Assembly (NCBI GenBank): GCA_977020255.1
Contig: CDROCS010000562.1
Span: forward strand, 310,001-374,000
DNA length: 64,000 nucleotides
Source: Obrimoposthia wandeli
Lineage: Eukaryota
Reading direction: 5' to 3'
Part shown: piece after piece, positions 28,130 through 42,575 of the stretch
How the letters are laid out: each line of letters begins with the position of its first letter
How positions within the stretch are numbered: the first letter of the stretch is position 1
The notes under the pieces: model-generated
What the model saw: only the letters and a program-made list of their open reading frames with translations
Database searches by the model: none
Told to the model about the DNA's origin: nothing
Made by a program: the position numbers and the translations under genes

Positions 28130-29304
28130 TCTTTAGTTCAAAATTGTGAGGGGCATTACATCACCGAGCTCATTGGAGAGCGTCTTGATCACAAGGGCGT
28201 GATGGTGGTACAAATAGCGTGGTGCTATGACGTCGGAGACCTTATCTTTCGTAAGAGCAATACATCTGGATCGCTTTCCCATTATTACCGAAGCACCATC
28301 TATACACAATGATCCGATTTTCGTCCCCTCGATGTTGTTTGCTTCCATTAAAGGCATCAAAATACTTATAATGTCCTACAATTTGGTTGTTGTTTTGAGA
28401 GGAGAACATAACTGGAACTCTTCCTTCACAATTAATCCCGTCCAGTAGCAGGCAAAAACTAGCAATTGACTGCATCTCGCTCCATCCGTGGATTGTTCGA
28501 GTTGCAGGCTGAAGCGGCAATTCGATTCACGGAGTTCTTGGGTAACCTGAACCACAAAATCTTTTGACGTTTGATGGTGTTGTTGCACATTGGAATACTC
28601 CCATGTTTTTTGGCCTCCTCGAATCCACAAACGAAGTTCTCCATCACCTAGGCACAGGGCTTTGCAAGTGCTTCACGTTTTGTATGAGCCTTTTCATCTG
28701 TTGTGCAATCAGGAGTGCGACTTCGTACGAGGCTTCAAGGATATGCTTCGTTGACTGTTGGAAACCATGCTGAGCCAGGTATTCCAAGTCAAGTAGAGAG
28801 CTTTCTTTCTTCTGAACACGTCTTCAGAGTCCTTCTTCAGAGTCGGATTAATGCTGGCTTCGCATTGCGGATGTTCACTGAACATTGTTCAGTCCCATCT
28901 TTCTCCACAAACTTAACGAACCCCGACTTGATGTACGAATCATAGTATTTGCGCTTCTTGGAGATCATGGATGGAGTTGAATTTGTGAAAAAATATGATG
29001 CCGATATAAATTATGGTCCTCGCAAACTCGTCCTGACTTTAAAAAATAAAATTCATCCTAGAGTAATTTAAATAAAAAATCTACAAGGGATGATCGAGCG
29101 ACTTTAATAATTTTAATATATCCATAAACCGGTTTTAAAAAATTTAAATTAAATTGAATCATTCTTCCATTTGATAAGTATAGGTTAAAGGCTGTTGTTT
29201 CTTCTTACAAAACTCCAGTTTTGACTTTCAGAAAGCCTCACGGACCCCTTGGATCGACCCACGCACCCCCTGGGAGTGCATGCACCCCAGTTAGGGAACC
29301 CCCG
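28130..29304 (-). mobile_element. hAT Buster/Charlie (ZBED5/FAM200-like) relic with one terminal region
   Basis: MISKKRKYYDSYIKSGF (ATG 28968), FSLQLEQSTDG..SQLLVF, CIDGASVIMGK; terminus reads GGGGGTTCCCTAACTGGGG on the minus strand at ~29304. Confidence 0.8.
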
Positions 29305-30380
29305 CTACATAATATGGAATAATATGGCACAACTGTATTTAGAACATTAAATTATATTCAATTCAACGAAATTTAATTCACTGTCTGTAATTTTTACTTT
29401 AATCATAATGTTTCATAATTCAAAATAAACACAGCAAAAGAAATCTAAGTTAATTTAGTCAATTTAAATTATGTTGGAGTTGTTTATAATATATATTTTA
29501 TCCACCATTTTTTATAAAATATTATTTATAGTCCAACTAAATTAACACGAAAGTATTTGGTTGGATATGTCTGAAGGTTACACTGATAAACATATGTTAA
29601 AAAGTGTACATTACCATCAATCGACAGTGTCAAGTTTCTTAAGAAATGTCAAAGTTACTGGTAAATTATCCAGAAAAGTAGGTAACTAAATGGAAAGAGA
29701 AACTAAATTGGCTTCTGCAGCTCAGAATAAGAAGACTATAAATAAATATCCTAAACTTACAACCCATAAAATTTTAAAAAATTGTCGATTGGCTGACATT
29801 TTATGCAATAGATAATAAAACTGGAATACATTTTACTTTTCAACTTAAAAATTATTAAACGTGTAAGAAGACTAAAAATTTGCAACAAAATAAGAAGTAA
29901 TACGTTTTAAAAATATACGGAGGATGTGGCTCTGACTTATAGGTACGTCTTGGGTAGGGTCTTTAAGCCAGAAGTGTCACACCCACTTACTAGTTAGGTT
30001 TTGGGATATGTGTACTCCGTATATTAATGGAGATAAAGATCAATTTTTGACGAATGTACAGGTGCATTCCCTAATCACTTAATTCCCGCCTTTTAAAAAG
30101 TCCACCGCCCGCTTGTAATAGCGTGAGCTAAAAATATTTTCACACATTATAATTATAAGTTAATTTTACATTAAGATACATAAAAATGTGTATGTTTAAA
30201 TTATATGAAATACAAAGTTATGTGTCAATTTGTTAAAATTTTGTATACGTCTGAAATTGCATATTGATTGCGAAAATAGAACCTGATAATGCATTGGCAA
30301 AAAACGGATTGAGGTTTTTTCCAATCAGCAGCAGCTGTGTTTCTGCAAAATGTCTGATTTGCAATAAGATATTTTCTTAA

Positions 30381-30620
30381 CCCTCAATACGCGGGAACCG
30401 AGATAACTCGGTCCCGACAAATACGCATACAGTGACGGGAACCGAGTTAACTCGTTTTTAGACAGGGGATTTCCCATCGATTTCCATCGAAGCCGTTGGT
30501 AGAAGGGTACGAGAATATGATGCTGTGCCGATTGACACCGACAACGACCTTCCAAATGATTTATTACTGAATTGGTCCCGAGATTAGGATTACTGTATTA
30601 AATACATAGCACAGTGAGGG
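30381..30620. mobile_element. 240-bp piggyBac-type MITE
   Basis: TTAA|CCCTCA ... TGAGGG|TTAA; internal palindromic repeat gggaaccgag(a/t)taactcg occurs twice. Confidence 0.75.
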
Positions 30621-33600
30621 TTAAAACCGAGAAAAATCAAATACTCTTTTCACGGTATATTAAAAGAAAACATTCTGAAATGAAGAAACGAAAATTTGAT
30701 AAAGATGTACTTATAAAATAGCTTAAGAAAATTTTAATTCATTGATAAAATTAAGTTGGCATGAGCTCACAAATAAGCTGCCGCTGTTTTTCGCAAATAA
30801 AGAAGAAGTTTCATGTGCTGTTCATGTTTTAGGAATTATCGAATAATCGTGAGACATTTTTGAGAAATCCTAGGGATTGTTCATCAGCTAATGATCTAAA
30901 AGTTTTCTCAATGAACATTTTGTAGAGTTTATAAATAGCTAGACTTCTCAAAATGTTTTGCACTGACTTCTTTCACACATTAAGTTTTATAAAAAGCTCT
31001 CTATGGCTTTTTCTTCTTTCGTTTTTGATGAGTTTTGATGAAGAGTCATATTAATTATAATTTGTTTGCCCACTTTCTCTACAAAATAGTTTTAAAATAT
31101 GTCGTATTTTAGTCAAATTAAATTCTTTTAAATTAAACTAAAGTTAATAATATTAATACTATAAGAAGTTCAAATTAATTGTTGTAACATTTATTTATTA
31201 AACAAATGTTATAACTTCTAAATTAGTTTATTTTATGTTCAAACTCAACATTAAATTTAACTTATTTAAAATGACATTTTAAAATAAGCATATAATTTGG
31301 AATATTACATACTTAAAACAAGACTTTTCATCAATTTTATTACTTGTTTTCTTGTAATATATGTATTTAGCAAACATTAATCATTGGAATTATTCCCTTT
31401 TTATGGGGTTAAATTAAAAATAAATCAGATAGAAATTGAATTTGTTTTATTTATGTTTAATTTAAAAAAAGTCAGTATATTTTATTTTGGGTAAATCTTC
31501 ACACAATCACAATTTCAAATTAAGCTCAGGCCCTTCATTATCTGTTCTGAAATTTTGCAAATGATTTTAAATAGTTATTTAAAAAAATTTACAAAATATT
31601 CAAAATAAATATAATTTTCTAAAATGTTAAATAAATTTCAAATAAATATTTAAATTCATTGTTTTTCTATTTCAAACAAATTTTATCTTTATATTTATTT
31701 GTTTTCTTTTATCTTGATATAAATCCCTTTATTCATGACTATCAAAAATGGGTTTCTATTCATCGAAATGCAAATGTAAATCCCACTTACTCAGTGAAAC
31801 CATACTAATGTTTTTGCATTATTTCAATTTCTTTCATGAAATAAAATAATTATTAAACGTTTTTATGTGCATAGTGCTGCAGAAAAAGAATCGATTCAAA
31901 AGATGAAAGAGGTTTTGGAAAGCATATTTTTTAGTTTTGGGAGTTAATTTCACTCCAAATTGTTGGTAGGGCTCAGAATACAATGATCATACGAGAGACA
32001 GCTCGCAAACATGTCTTCTCGTTCGGCTATTTGTCGGTTTGTGGAATTTTCAAATCCGATCATTCTATTCGATGAAATTTCTACAAATTCCACATTTAAT
32101 TTCGGTCCGATACAGTTTCTGTCGGTTGTTTGCTTCAATAATGAATCTGCTCAGCTTAGCTATTATCGTGGTAAGTAGTCAAAAATATTCTTATTTTTAT
32201 TTTACTTTCCTGAATTATATTCTCACATTTATTCTTGGAAATGAAACATTCATGAATCAAATTTAATCGATAAAGAAGTATAGATGCAAGATTGCGTTTA
32301 TTATTATACAAACTAATTTCAGTCAAATTAAAAGATATCTATTTGATAATTACGTGAATAATATAAAATCTAAAGCGAAAATATTAAATTTAAACACTCA
32401 AACTACATATTTTTGGAATTTAAAAAAGTTAATCCCAATTTTAGACATTAAACTTCAAAATTATTGGTTGGAAAGAGGGGAAAAATTTAATATGAAAATT
32501 AATTTTAGAATAAAAGAAACCTTAATTCATTTATAAGATCTGTTGCTCTATTAAACGTACAAATTAAATTTGAAAGAAACATTCAAATAAGAGCTGTGGT
32601 TAAGGCACATAATAATTTAATAATATTTTTTTAATTTTCATTTAAACTATTATATTATATTATATAATTTATTAAAAAATAATTAATCAAATATTATGTA
32701 TGTAAAATTTATTGTCAGTTGATATAATAATTAGAAGACAAAAATTTTTTAAAATGAATTTCACATACGTTTTAAATGTTTTTAAATATTCTAAAAAGTT
32801 TTTTTTAAAATAAAATCAAGAAAAATGTTTATATATCATGGTTAATAAGTATTTAAGTGTATCGTTGGAAAATTTATAGAAAATGTTTAATACATACATT
32901 TTAAAATAAAATATCTACAATAAATCTTTCTCTTAAGTTCATTTAAAAGTTCTCATTTTTGTATTGTAATATAGAATTTAAAAAAATCTAATTAATAATG
33001 TAAACCAATGTATAAAAACAATTTATGTCTTATTATTTTATTTAGTAACATTTTATAAGTAGAATTTTTGTGTGGACTATCAAAATTAAAATTAGACATT
33101 TTTATTTTTGTTTGATCATTAAAAAGTAGAATTACTGAAATCACCGAGTTTTTTAATTACAACATCAACAAATATGTATTTCCGGAATCTAAAAGGAATA
33201 ATTACTAATTCTTAGTTAGGCAATTATTATAATGACATCATTAGTACTTAATCATGACCCAATAAATATTGTGCAATATATTTGAAAATATTTAGTATTT
33301 CACTGCACCCGGAATAATTTTGCTCGTTTGTTACAATTAAAAGATATTGTAATGATTTTCGTGTAGTTTATATTTTATCTAAATTATTTTCTTGTGTAAT
33401 TAGCCACGGCATAAATTTCACTTTGACTGTATTAACTTTACATTTATATTTTCCCTTTATAAATGTCGATATGTAGAATTTAAAGATGCACTTATTTAGC
33501 GACTTCAAGTAGACGTTTATAACAAATTATTATTTATTCTTACAAAAAAAGGGTTTTCTGAATATTTTTGATTGACCCATCTGTAGTAAGTTAAAATTAT

Positions 33601-34319
33601 TAACGTACAATTTTAAAAACATATACAATTACAAATTCAAATAATAATTTTCGTAGTATATACAATTTTAAAAATTGACTATTTATATTTATAAACACAT
33701 GGCTAAATTAAAAATAATTAAGAATAAAATATTTGAAAGAAATTTGAACATGATATATATTTTTTAAATAGTTTTCAAAGTTATTTTGTAAATAAATAAC
33801 TTTTAACTTAATGTAGTTAGGCCAATAAAGATTTTAAAAGTTCTTATACGTTAAAATTTCTAATCAAAATCGTTCTTTTGTTAGTCAATATGTTGATGTT
33901 TAGAACAACATTTGGTGCATTTAAATTACTGGCAATTGTAAATGGATAATCCCCTATTTCCAATTTGTAGTGCGATTACTGGGAAAGATTACGAACCACT
34001 GTGGAAGATTTACGTTTATAGAGGGTATACAGATTATGCAGATATTCTGTACTGTTCGCAGTAGTAAATGATTTATTGGTCACCCAGAGTGTTTGTGAGG
34101 TGCGGATTCACGCCCAAATTGGTGCTAGAGGCGGTGATAATTATTGTAAACAGGCAATAGACCGGAAATAATAATCATCGATCATCACTGAAATTGAGTA
34201 TTAGTCAGCCAGTGTTTCGATTATTTACGTTTTTATTAATATATAAAGAAAGTGAAAATCTGAGAATCCTGCATACATGGAAAGTCACAATGATCAAACA
34301 CGATCCGACTAAAAGACTA

Positions 34320-34483
34320 CAGTAATTATTCACCTATAAGGGGTCCCACCTATAAGGGTGTCCGGTCACCGAAAATTTCACGCTTCACCTATAAGGGTAC
34401 CCGGTGACATCTATAAGTGATTCGGTGTCGGTCTCTCTCAAAAACATGTTTTAATGAATACCCTTACAGGTGAATAATTACTG
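34320..34483. mobile_element. pogo/Tc1-type MITE, copy 1
   Basis: TA TSD; 22-bp TIR CAGTAATTATTCACCT(A/G)TAAGG with 21/22 match; internal cacctataag repeats. Confidence 0.9.
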
Positions 34484-34622
34484 TACCAGGAGACCAAAAC
34501 AATAATAGATGTCAGGATATTTTGTAGTATTTGAAGATAACGAACAAATAGTTGGTTTAGTGTCTAAATAATTTTAAAGATGAGAATGTTCTTTGCACAG
34601 CTATAGTAACGACATACACCTC

Positions 34623-35478
34623 TCTTGTAGTGATTATATTCTGTTATGTATGTTGACTATTTTATTCCATTTGTACTTCTCGTTTTATGTTCATAATTAC
34701 AGAACTCTCTCTCCAACCTGCCAATTTTGGGAAGTAAAACATAAAGGGTATATAACCGAATTTTGTATAAATCAGCATCTTTGAGAAGATAACTGCAGCG
34801 TCTTCTAAACAGCAACATCTCCAATACAGCACCAATTTATCGATAATTGTGGGAATTATTATTCAAAGACACTCCACAAATCAGCAACTTTGAGTAGTTC
34901 ACTGCAGCCTCTTTTATACAGGAACAAATGAATTAGTATTTCAGAATAAAATATGGTTTCATACAATTTATTCAAATCAATAAAACTTTTAGTTTGTATT
35001 TTAAATCTTTTATAACTTTAAAAATTAATTTAGTTCGATATTTTTTAAAATCTTGTAGTGATTATATTCTGTTATGTATGTTGACTATTTTATTCCATTT
35101 GTACTTCTCGTTTTATGTTCATAATTACAGAACTCTCTCTCCAACCTGCCAATTTTGGGAAGTAAAACATAAAGGGTATATAACCGAATTTTGTATAAAT
35201 CAGCATCTTTGAGAAGATAACTGCAGCGTCTTCTAAACAGCAACATCTCCAATACAGCACCAATTTATCGATAATTGTGGGAATTATTATTCAAAGACAC
35301 TCCACAAATCAGCAACTTTGAGTAGTTCACTGCAGCCTCTTTTATACAGGAACAAATGAATTAGTATTTCAGAATAAAATATGGTTTCATACAATTTATT
35401 CAAATCAATAAAACTTTTAGTTTGTATTTTAAATCTTTTATAACTTTAAAAATTAATTTAGTTCGATATTTTTTAAAA
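34623..35478. repeat. 428-bp perfect tandem duplication
   Basis: 34623-35050 and 35051-35478 appear identical by eye. Confidence 0.95.
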
Positions 35479-37334
35479 TTAAAATATTTTACAATTTACA
35501 ATAACTGAATAAAATGATCAGAAAGCAAATAGTTTATATTTGAATTATAAACTTGTTAAAAAATAATGCCATCAATTTACGGCAAATCTAAACAATTTAA
35601 TTCCGTACTAAGCTATTCTCAAGTTGTAAACACACACGTTTGTTAAATTTCTGCATCGAAAGACTCCTTAAGAAAGTTGTCTTAGAAAAGTTCATATTTA
35701 TTTATCTATCCCACAACATATAAATCGTTGCTATGTATCAAATCGAAAGTTCACTTTTCAAAGGCTATTATGAATGGTTATTATTAATTTCCGTATTTCT
35801 AATTTTCAACATTTTTCAGTAAAGAATTTTTTTCATCCATTTTAAATGTTATTTTTAGACTAAATTTTGACTTGTAATGTTTTAAAATCATCAAAATCCT
35901 TTTTTTGTTTTAATTTTTATCTTTAATTTTAATTAACCTAAAATAACATTATCATTTGATTCAATTAATTCAGTTTCAGATTCCAATGTCAAAGAAGATA
36001 AATAGTAAAGTTTAGAAATAAAAAATTGGATTTATTAGCTTTTCAATTTCTTTGAATTTAACAAATTAATCAATTTTAATGGATTATATTGTTTGAAGAG
36101 GAATTTGAGGTCAACAGTTAAATTTTTCTGATGATTTTTTGTTGCAAATTTAAATCAACGATTTGTAACTATTGAAACATAAAATATGTAAATTAATATT
36201 GTAAAAAACATTTTTGTATTTCTTCAAATTAAATACTACAAAAATATATAATTAACATTTTAACCCATTTAAATATAATTATACAATTTTAGAAATAAAA
36301 CATCCAAATCTCCATTTTATTAGCAACATTTCACAGTAAATTGTTCATCTCTAAAATATGCCCATATCTGCCTTTTTGCATTTAACGTGTCGAAATTCTT
36401 CTTTATTAACTTCAAATGAATTATAATTGAAAAAAAATTTACAATTTTTCCCCTAAAGTTTGTTTAAGTCTATTAAATTGACTTTATTGGGAATTAAAAT
36501 AGTCCTATGAAGATGTCACTACTAACAATTTTTATAAGTTTCTTTATAATGATATGGATTACTTTAAAACAGGTAAATTGACTTTTAAAGTTTGTAGAAT
36601 AATAAATGTTTATAAGAAGATTTTTTTTATTTTTTTATAAGTTTACATCAATTAAGACTAAAATTTACCACTAAAGGTCATACAACACGTTCAAATGCTA
36701 GTAAGAGTCTTTTTCAAACATTATTAAGTATAAGAAAATTGTGTTCACGTTTTAATGCATTTCTAACACCTGGCATACAAAATCACACCACACGGCCCAG
36801 ACGGTCATCTTAAAACTCTTAAATAGGGACTCAGGGGTCAGCATTTCTCTTCGAAAGACGATTAACAGAATGGTCAAACGAAGAATGATTATTTAACACG
36901 ACTTAAAATTAATTGGAATTAATTGTTTTAATAACAATAACTGTTTAAATATATTGTAAGAACCCTTAACAATCTCGATTCGCATGTTAATAATGCTTTT
37001 ATAATTTCCCCGAACTAAATAAAAAATATACAGCAAACAGGATGCTTGAATGTGAAGAAATATATGAAAATATTTATAAAAATGAGCACAATGATGGATC
37101 TGTTGTTAAAGGCCCGATGATCCTAGTAATGATGAGAATAAAGAAAATAATCCTACGGTATTTGGAGTTTTTTGACAAACCTATCATATTTAGCCCTCAC
37201 TGTGGCGGAAGAATACCCAGACTAAATGTGATTCATGAACGACCATAAAATTTTTACATGATTAAACTCGTAATATGTTGACGAATACAACCATGTACTT
37301 GAAACTATGAAATTCCATTTTTTATTTAACCCTT

Positions 37335-38186
37335 CATCTATGGACGACCATACATATATGGATGAATTCGTCTTCTAAAGATGATTCCAACCATGTATTC
37401 AAACCTTGATATTTTAAACTTGATTTTGTCTTTAGCCCGACCCTTTGATTTATGACCGACCATACTTTATGACTGAATTCACCTTCTAAAGATGATTCCA
37501 ACCATGTACTAAAACCTTGATATTTTAAACTTGACTTTGTTTTTAGCCCGACCCTTTCACCTATGGACGACCACAACCCTTTAGATGTGATGGCCAACCA
37601 TAGTTGACCTTAATTATACCTTCTAAGTTTCAAGTCAAAACTGACCTTGACCCTTTGAATTATGGACGTCCATGACCCTTTAGATGTGTTGGTCAACCAT
37701 AGTTGACCTCAATTATACCTTCAAAGTTTCAAGTCAAAACTGAGTCCGACCCTTTGACCTATGGACGACCACAACCCTTTAGATGTGACGGCCAACCATA
37801 GTTGACCTTAATTATACCTTCAAAGTTTCAAGTCAAAACTGAGTCCGACCCTTTGATTTATGGACGACCACAACCCCTTGGGTATGTTGGCCGACCATAG
37901 ACCGTCACGACCATACCTTCAAACCTTCAAGTCAAAACTGAGTCCGACCCTTTCATCTATGGACGACCACAACCCCTTGGGTATGTTGGCCGACCATAGA
38001 CGGTCACGACCATACCTTCAAACCTTCATAACCTTTCTGAGCCAGACCCTTATGGTGTGGCAAGACACCCCTATGGTGAGGCAACATATACCCTTATGGT
38101 GTGACACCTTATGGTGTGACATTTCTATGGTGTGACACCCTTTAACTTGATGTGCGCACACAGGGGGGGACCCCCCAGTGGTCTAG
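37335..38186 (+). repeat. Compound tandem array (~120-bp x2, ~99-bp x5, short ccttatggtgtg repeats) ending in a GC hairpin + CTAG; possible non-autonomous Helitron/Helentron
   Basis: tatggacg(a/t)cca recurs at ~37563, 37660, 37762, 37859, 37959; cac-a-G7-a-C6-a-gtg hairpin at ~38159-38180 followed by CTAG at 38183-38186. Confidence 0.6.
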
Positions 38187-38699
38187 ACTCCATCAAAGTA
38201 CCTACTACTAGTCGTTCTAAAAGTTTCATCGAGCTCATAGGCATCCTGAGTCAGATCGAGAGCATGAAAGTAAAGATTAGGCGATAAACACAGAAAAAAT
38301 ACAACACCTTCAAATAGCAATTGTTGACAGAATATGCACCGATGATACGAGGAGTGCATTGAGTAGAAAAGGGAGCACTTGCAATGAATGAGAAGAAACC
38401 ATGGGAGCAATACTTGCAAACGGTATTATTGTATTAATCCTTCAAGAAACTGCTTTTTTTGATGTCCATTTTGGAGTTATATTTTTGTAACTTAACTGCC
38501 GAATGTTACATCGGTAAAGAAGTTAATTTAGACAAATATTTCTAATCACAGTGATATTTATGGTTTAATTGTATCTCTTAGAAGTATATAAATGAAGCAT
38601 AGTATACAGTTTAAACATTTAAAGGGTTCATCTGATATTTGATCTTGAAATGTCTAATACAATTGTTCTATCAACAAATATATATCAATGAATATTGAG

Positions 38700-39960
38700 A
38701 GAAAGAAGATTTTTAAGAACCTTAAACTATTAAATGTTTTGGGCAACATTATGTACAAATGATTATTCTTGGTGTGGACAGAAATGCTGGTGAAAGTGTA
38801 GAGGAACTGCAGTCAAAGAGCGATGGAGGGTCAACCTTTTCTGTTAGTGGATCTCATTTTAACTCAAATAGAACTGCTTTAATTAAGTAGAAGCAAATGA
38901 TTTCTCAAAAATAATCGCTCTAGTTGTATGAGCTGATGTTTTATAATATCAATGAAAATAATCTAGTTAATATTTTCTTCCAATCAGGACATCAAAAACG
39001 CCTTATTATAGGTTTTGCAGGCTAATGTCTTCCATTCTTTCACCCTGTTTATTTTCACTTTGCCTATCTTTTTTTACAACATATTTGATTTAGATCGCAA
39101 ACTGTCCTGGCACTTATGGTATTCTTAAATCCCTCGAAGGTACACATATTCCTCTGAACATAAGAAGCCGTACTAAAGTTATTGCAAAATCTTCAAGGAA
39201 ATGTTTCCCTGGTGCCCGACTATTATTTATATCCCAAAATTTGTTTTATATTATTGAACCTGTAGATAGATATGGCATTTTTACAAATATTTGACAACAT
39301 CTGTCGTCCCTTGTGACCTTACAAGTCCAAGAAAATGTTTGTCAAATCTAGTAGTGAGTTTATTGAACTTAGAGCAGTAATTTGAGCAATCAATTATCAA
39401 GTTTATAATCTTCTTAGTAATAGAAAACGATTCAAATGCCTCTAACTCATTAACTATTTTATTTGATTTAGAATTCAAACCCGACACTAAATATATGATG
39501 ACTTAGGCGCATGTTTTTCTTTTACGAATAGGTCATACGTATATGCGATTTCACCATCTTTGAAAAAAAACTGTCTTTGACTTCTCGCTAGAACGAAATC
39601 TTTTTCTTCAATTTTATTATTATCTTCTATGTCACTTTCGACTATAAAAAATATTATTATATTCCATGTAGAAGAATTATCGTGATCGTCGATATCGGAC
39701 TCAGTTTGATTTCTGTTATTGTAAGTTCATTTTCTAGCATCTTCAATGCTTCATACGATGTCATTTTGAAATTTTGATTTAGATAAATTTGGTATTACCA
39801 GAAAACAAAAATAAATCCAGTAGAAAAATTATTTAAGGATTAGAAAGTAGATGTTTGAACTAGAAATATATATGAAAATGATCATTTAGTTAATATGAAT
39901 ATACTAAGTTTACATTAATAAAGTATGGGGGTCATTTTGACACCAATTGTAGTTCTAGTG
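38700..39960 (-). mobile_element. piggyBac transposon relic with one intact terminus
   Basis: Minus strand begins TTAA|CACTAGAACTACAATTGGTGTCAAAATGACC; decayed motifs LEAFESF..KKIINLIIDCSN and FRGIC...P*VPGQFAI. Confidence 0.55.
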
Positions 39961-41699
39961 TTAAATTAGATGTTCCCATTTGAGATCATCAAAGGGTTTA
40001 TAATCAAATGCTATTTTTATTAGTCAGGTACTTTTAAGGTATTTTGTACTTCGAAACAAGTCCATTGAGCACAATCAATACATATTTTAAAGTCAAACAT
40101 GCTACACATTTATTATCCTTTTTAACACTCTTAATTTGTGGGTGGCAAGGTCATCCATGTAGGCATTCTGATTAGCCGTTGCTATTTGGCATGTGCAATT
40201 CTGGGGGATGTTGAAAGTTCTGAATGCTTGATAGTCAATTTTACAGCTAATGGAGTTTTTTGACATATATATTTATGAGAGATTCATCTCTTGAACATCT
40301 TTTTATCCTTGCCAGGTTTTTGATTCATATCAATGATATTCTAATTTATCAATGTTACTGCAAAATATTATCGAAGCTGTATTCGTTGTAAATTATAATA
40401 TGCTGTAATTAATTTATTTTAACATTAAATCAATTGTGCTACACAAGGAATTAATTTAAAGAATTACCAAAGACCTTTTTGTACATATTTTTTGCAGTTT
40501 ATTATTAAAAAAGTTCACTGAGTTTTGAATTTACCTCCAAAGTTATTTCCCGTGGATCCAATTGACAATTGGAGTGAATAATTAAAGATTAAGTGCATAT
40601 CCAATTTTACCATAATTCCTATCGACTTTATAGTGTAACAGCGCCCATTTAGTCACATTTTGAAGTTGTTACAAATCGGTACATACTCAGAGAGAAAAAA
40701 CAAAATATCACACACTTTTTGCAGTTTGAATTATCGCAGCTGTAAATAAGCTCTCTTTTCTAAGAGTTGGGATCACGATTTGCTCTTCTCTGATTGGATT
40801 GTCAGATGAAAAATGCTTTTGTAATAAAGCAAAGGGAATTGCGTATAACTTGTTCTCATATAGTATTCATATTTCTGTAAAGCCTACATAAATTTTAGGC
40901 ACAATATTCGTAAAAGTCTAATTGTTTATGGATATATCAGTTTGAAAGTTATGTAAAAAAGAAAAGAAATCCCACAGATAAATGCGTTTTGCTTAAATCA
41001 CATAAAAGAAATAAAGCATTGAGAAACAAAGGAAAAAGAAAGAAGACCATGAAAACTCGCGTGTCCCTATTAGAAAATAATGCCTACTTGTCTGACCGGC
41101 ACGCGTATGCATTTGTTTTCCCATTGTTTGAATGATGAGAACGACGAAATAAAAAATATTTTCATTATATTTTCTAAAAAAAACTTATCCAAGAATTTGG
41201 ATATTTAAAATAGAAAAACGTATTCAAATATATGCTACTAACATTCATTATTTCAACAAAATAGTACATAGAAAATTTACACTAAATTTGGAACATAAGT
41301 TGAAAAAACATTTAATGGACCAAAATAGAGACTAATTTTAATTATACATCAATTTCATACTATGAATCATAATTAATTTTTATTTGATAATAATATCGAA
41401 TCAGGTTAAAAATTCATCAGTACTTACACATGGAAACAATTAATCAAGAGTGACGTTTGGCGAATGTCAGATTACATTCCGATAATATTGAAAGGGGTAA
41501 AAAAATGTGTTTGACATTCTATGGCAATTTAAATGTGAAAAGTTTCTGTCTATATGTGTAAACGAGAACAGATGGATCGAAATGCTGAAAGTGGAAGTTT
41601 TAACCGTAGACTTAAAGATACCGTGAGCCATAAAACTTGAATTTCTCAAAGTAAACTGCCATCAAATTTCAGGGTTGTCAATCCACATATTCTCATAAA

Positions 41700-42040
41700 A
41701 TTACAAAGGTTGGAATACGATATTTAAAACGCAAGAAGGTTCCACTGACTTCTGCAAAAACAAAGCTCAGAACAAAATAAGAACCATCTTTGAGGTAAAT
41801 TGAAATGAACGATGAATTGTATTTCACTCTAAGTGGTTCAGAAATTCCAGGTGATTTTGGAGTTAATACAGATTTTATTTAGGATACACATAGTTCTGTA
41901 AAGTATTATGGAAAAGAGAAATAGGAAGAATCCCTAATGGTTTGGTTTGCAATGAGTGAGAAAGGGGTTAGCGATTTTGAAATATTTGAGAATGGAGAAA
42001 GGCTCAATAATGCAAGTTATCCCAAGATTCTCAATAATAG
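41700..42040 (+). mobile_element. Tc1/mariner-type transposase relic
   Basis: KVGIRYLKRKKVP, MNDELYFTL, LMVWFAMSEKG.S resemble Tc1/mariner catalytic-domain motifs; broken frame. Confidence 0.45.
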
Positions 42041-42396
42041 TCTATAACACTTTACCGACTCCAATTACAACAAAATAAATTAAATTATTTTCTGGCTGGA
42101 TTTAGGAGCTTTGACACCTAATTGAGTTTATTTCCTTTGTATATAAAGCTTCTTCAGATGGGATAATGCTTATTTAAATTCTAAACTATTTTTATACCCC
42201 TAAAAATATTTTAAGTGTTAAACTGAAAACATTTAAACTTCACAAAAAAGAAGTTACATCAAAAGTTTAAAGACTGTAACTATGTTTCTAATTAGCTCAA
42301 AGAATAATAAACAAATCTCTGTTCTTATATCTTTATTTTTATCGAGGTTCCAAGACTAGGTCATATGAAAATTCGGCATTAAAATATCTCAGACTA

Positions 42397-42575
42397 CAGT
42401 AATTATTCACCTATAAGGGGTCCCACCTATAAGGGTGTCCGGTCACCGAAAATTTCACGCTTCACCTATAAGGGTGCCCATAAGTGCCTATAAATAATGC
42501 ATCTATAAGTGATTCGGTGTCGGTCTCTCTCAAAAACATGTTTTAATGAATACCCTTACAGGTGAATAATTACTG
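42397..42575. mobile_element. pogo/Tc1-type MITE, copy 2
   Basis: Same TIRs, TA TSD and body as 34320-34483, with a small internal indel region. Confidence 0.9.

Noticed and set aside
31930-32176. Possible first exon of a plus-strand gene ending MNLLSLAIIV|gtaagt
   Set aside because: Only a donor site and a short hydrophobic stretch; no downstream exons could be linked.
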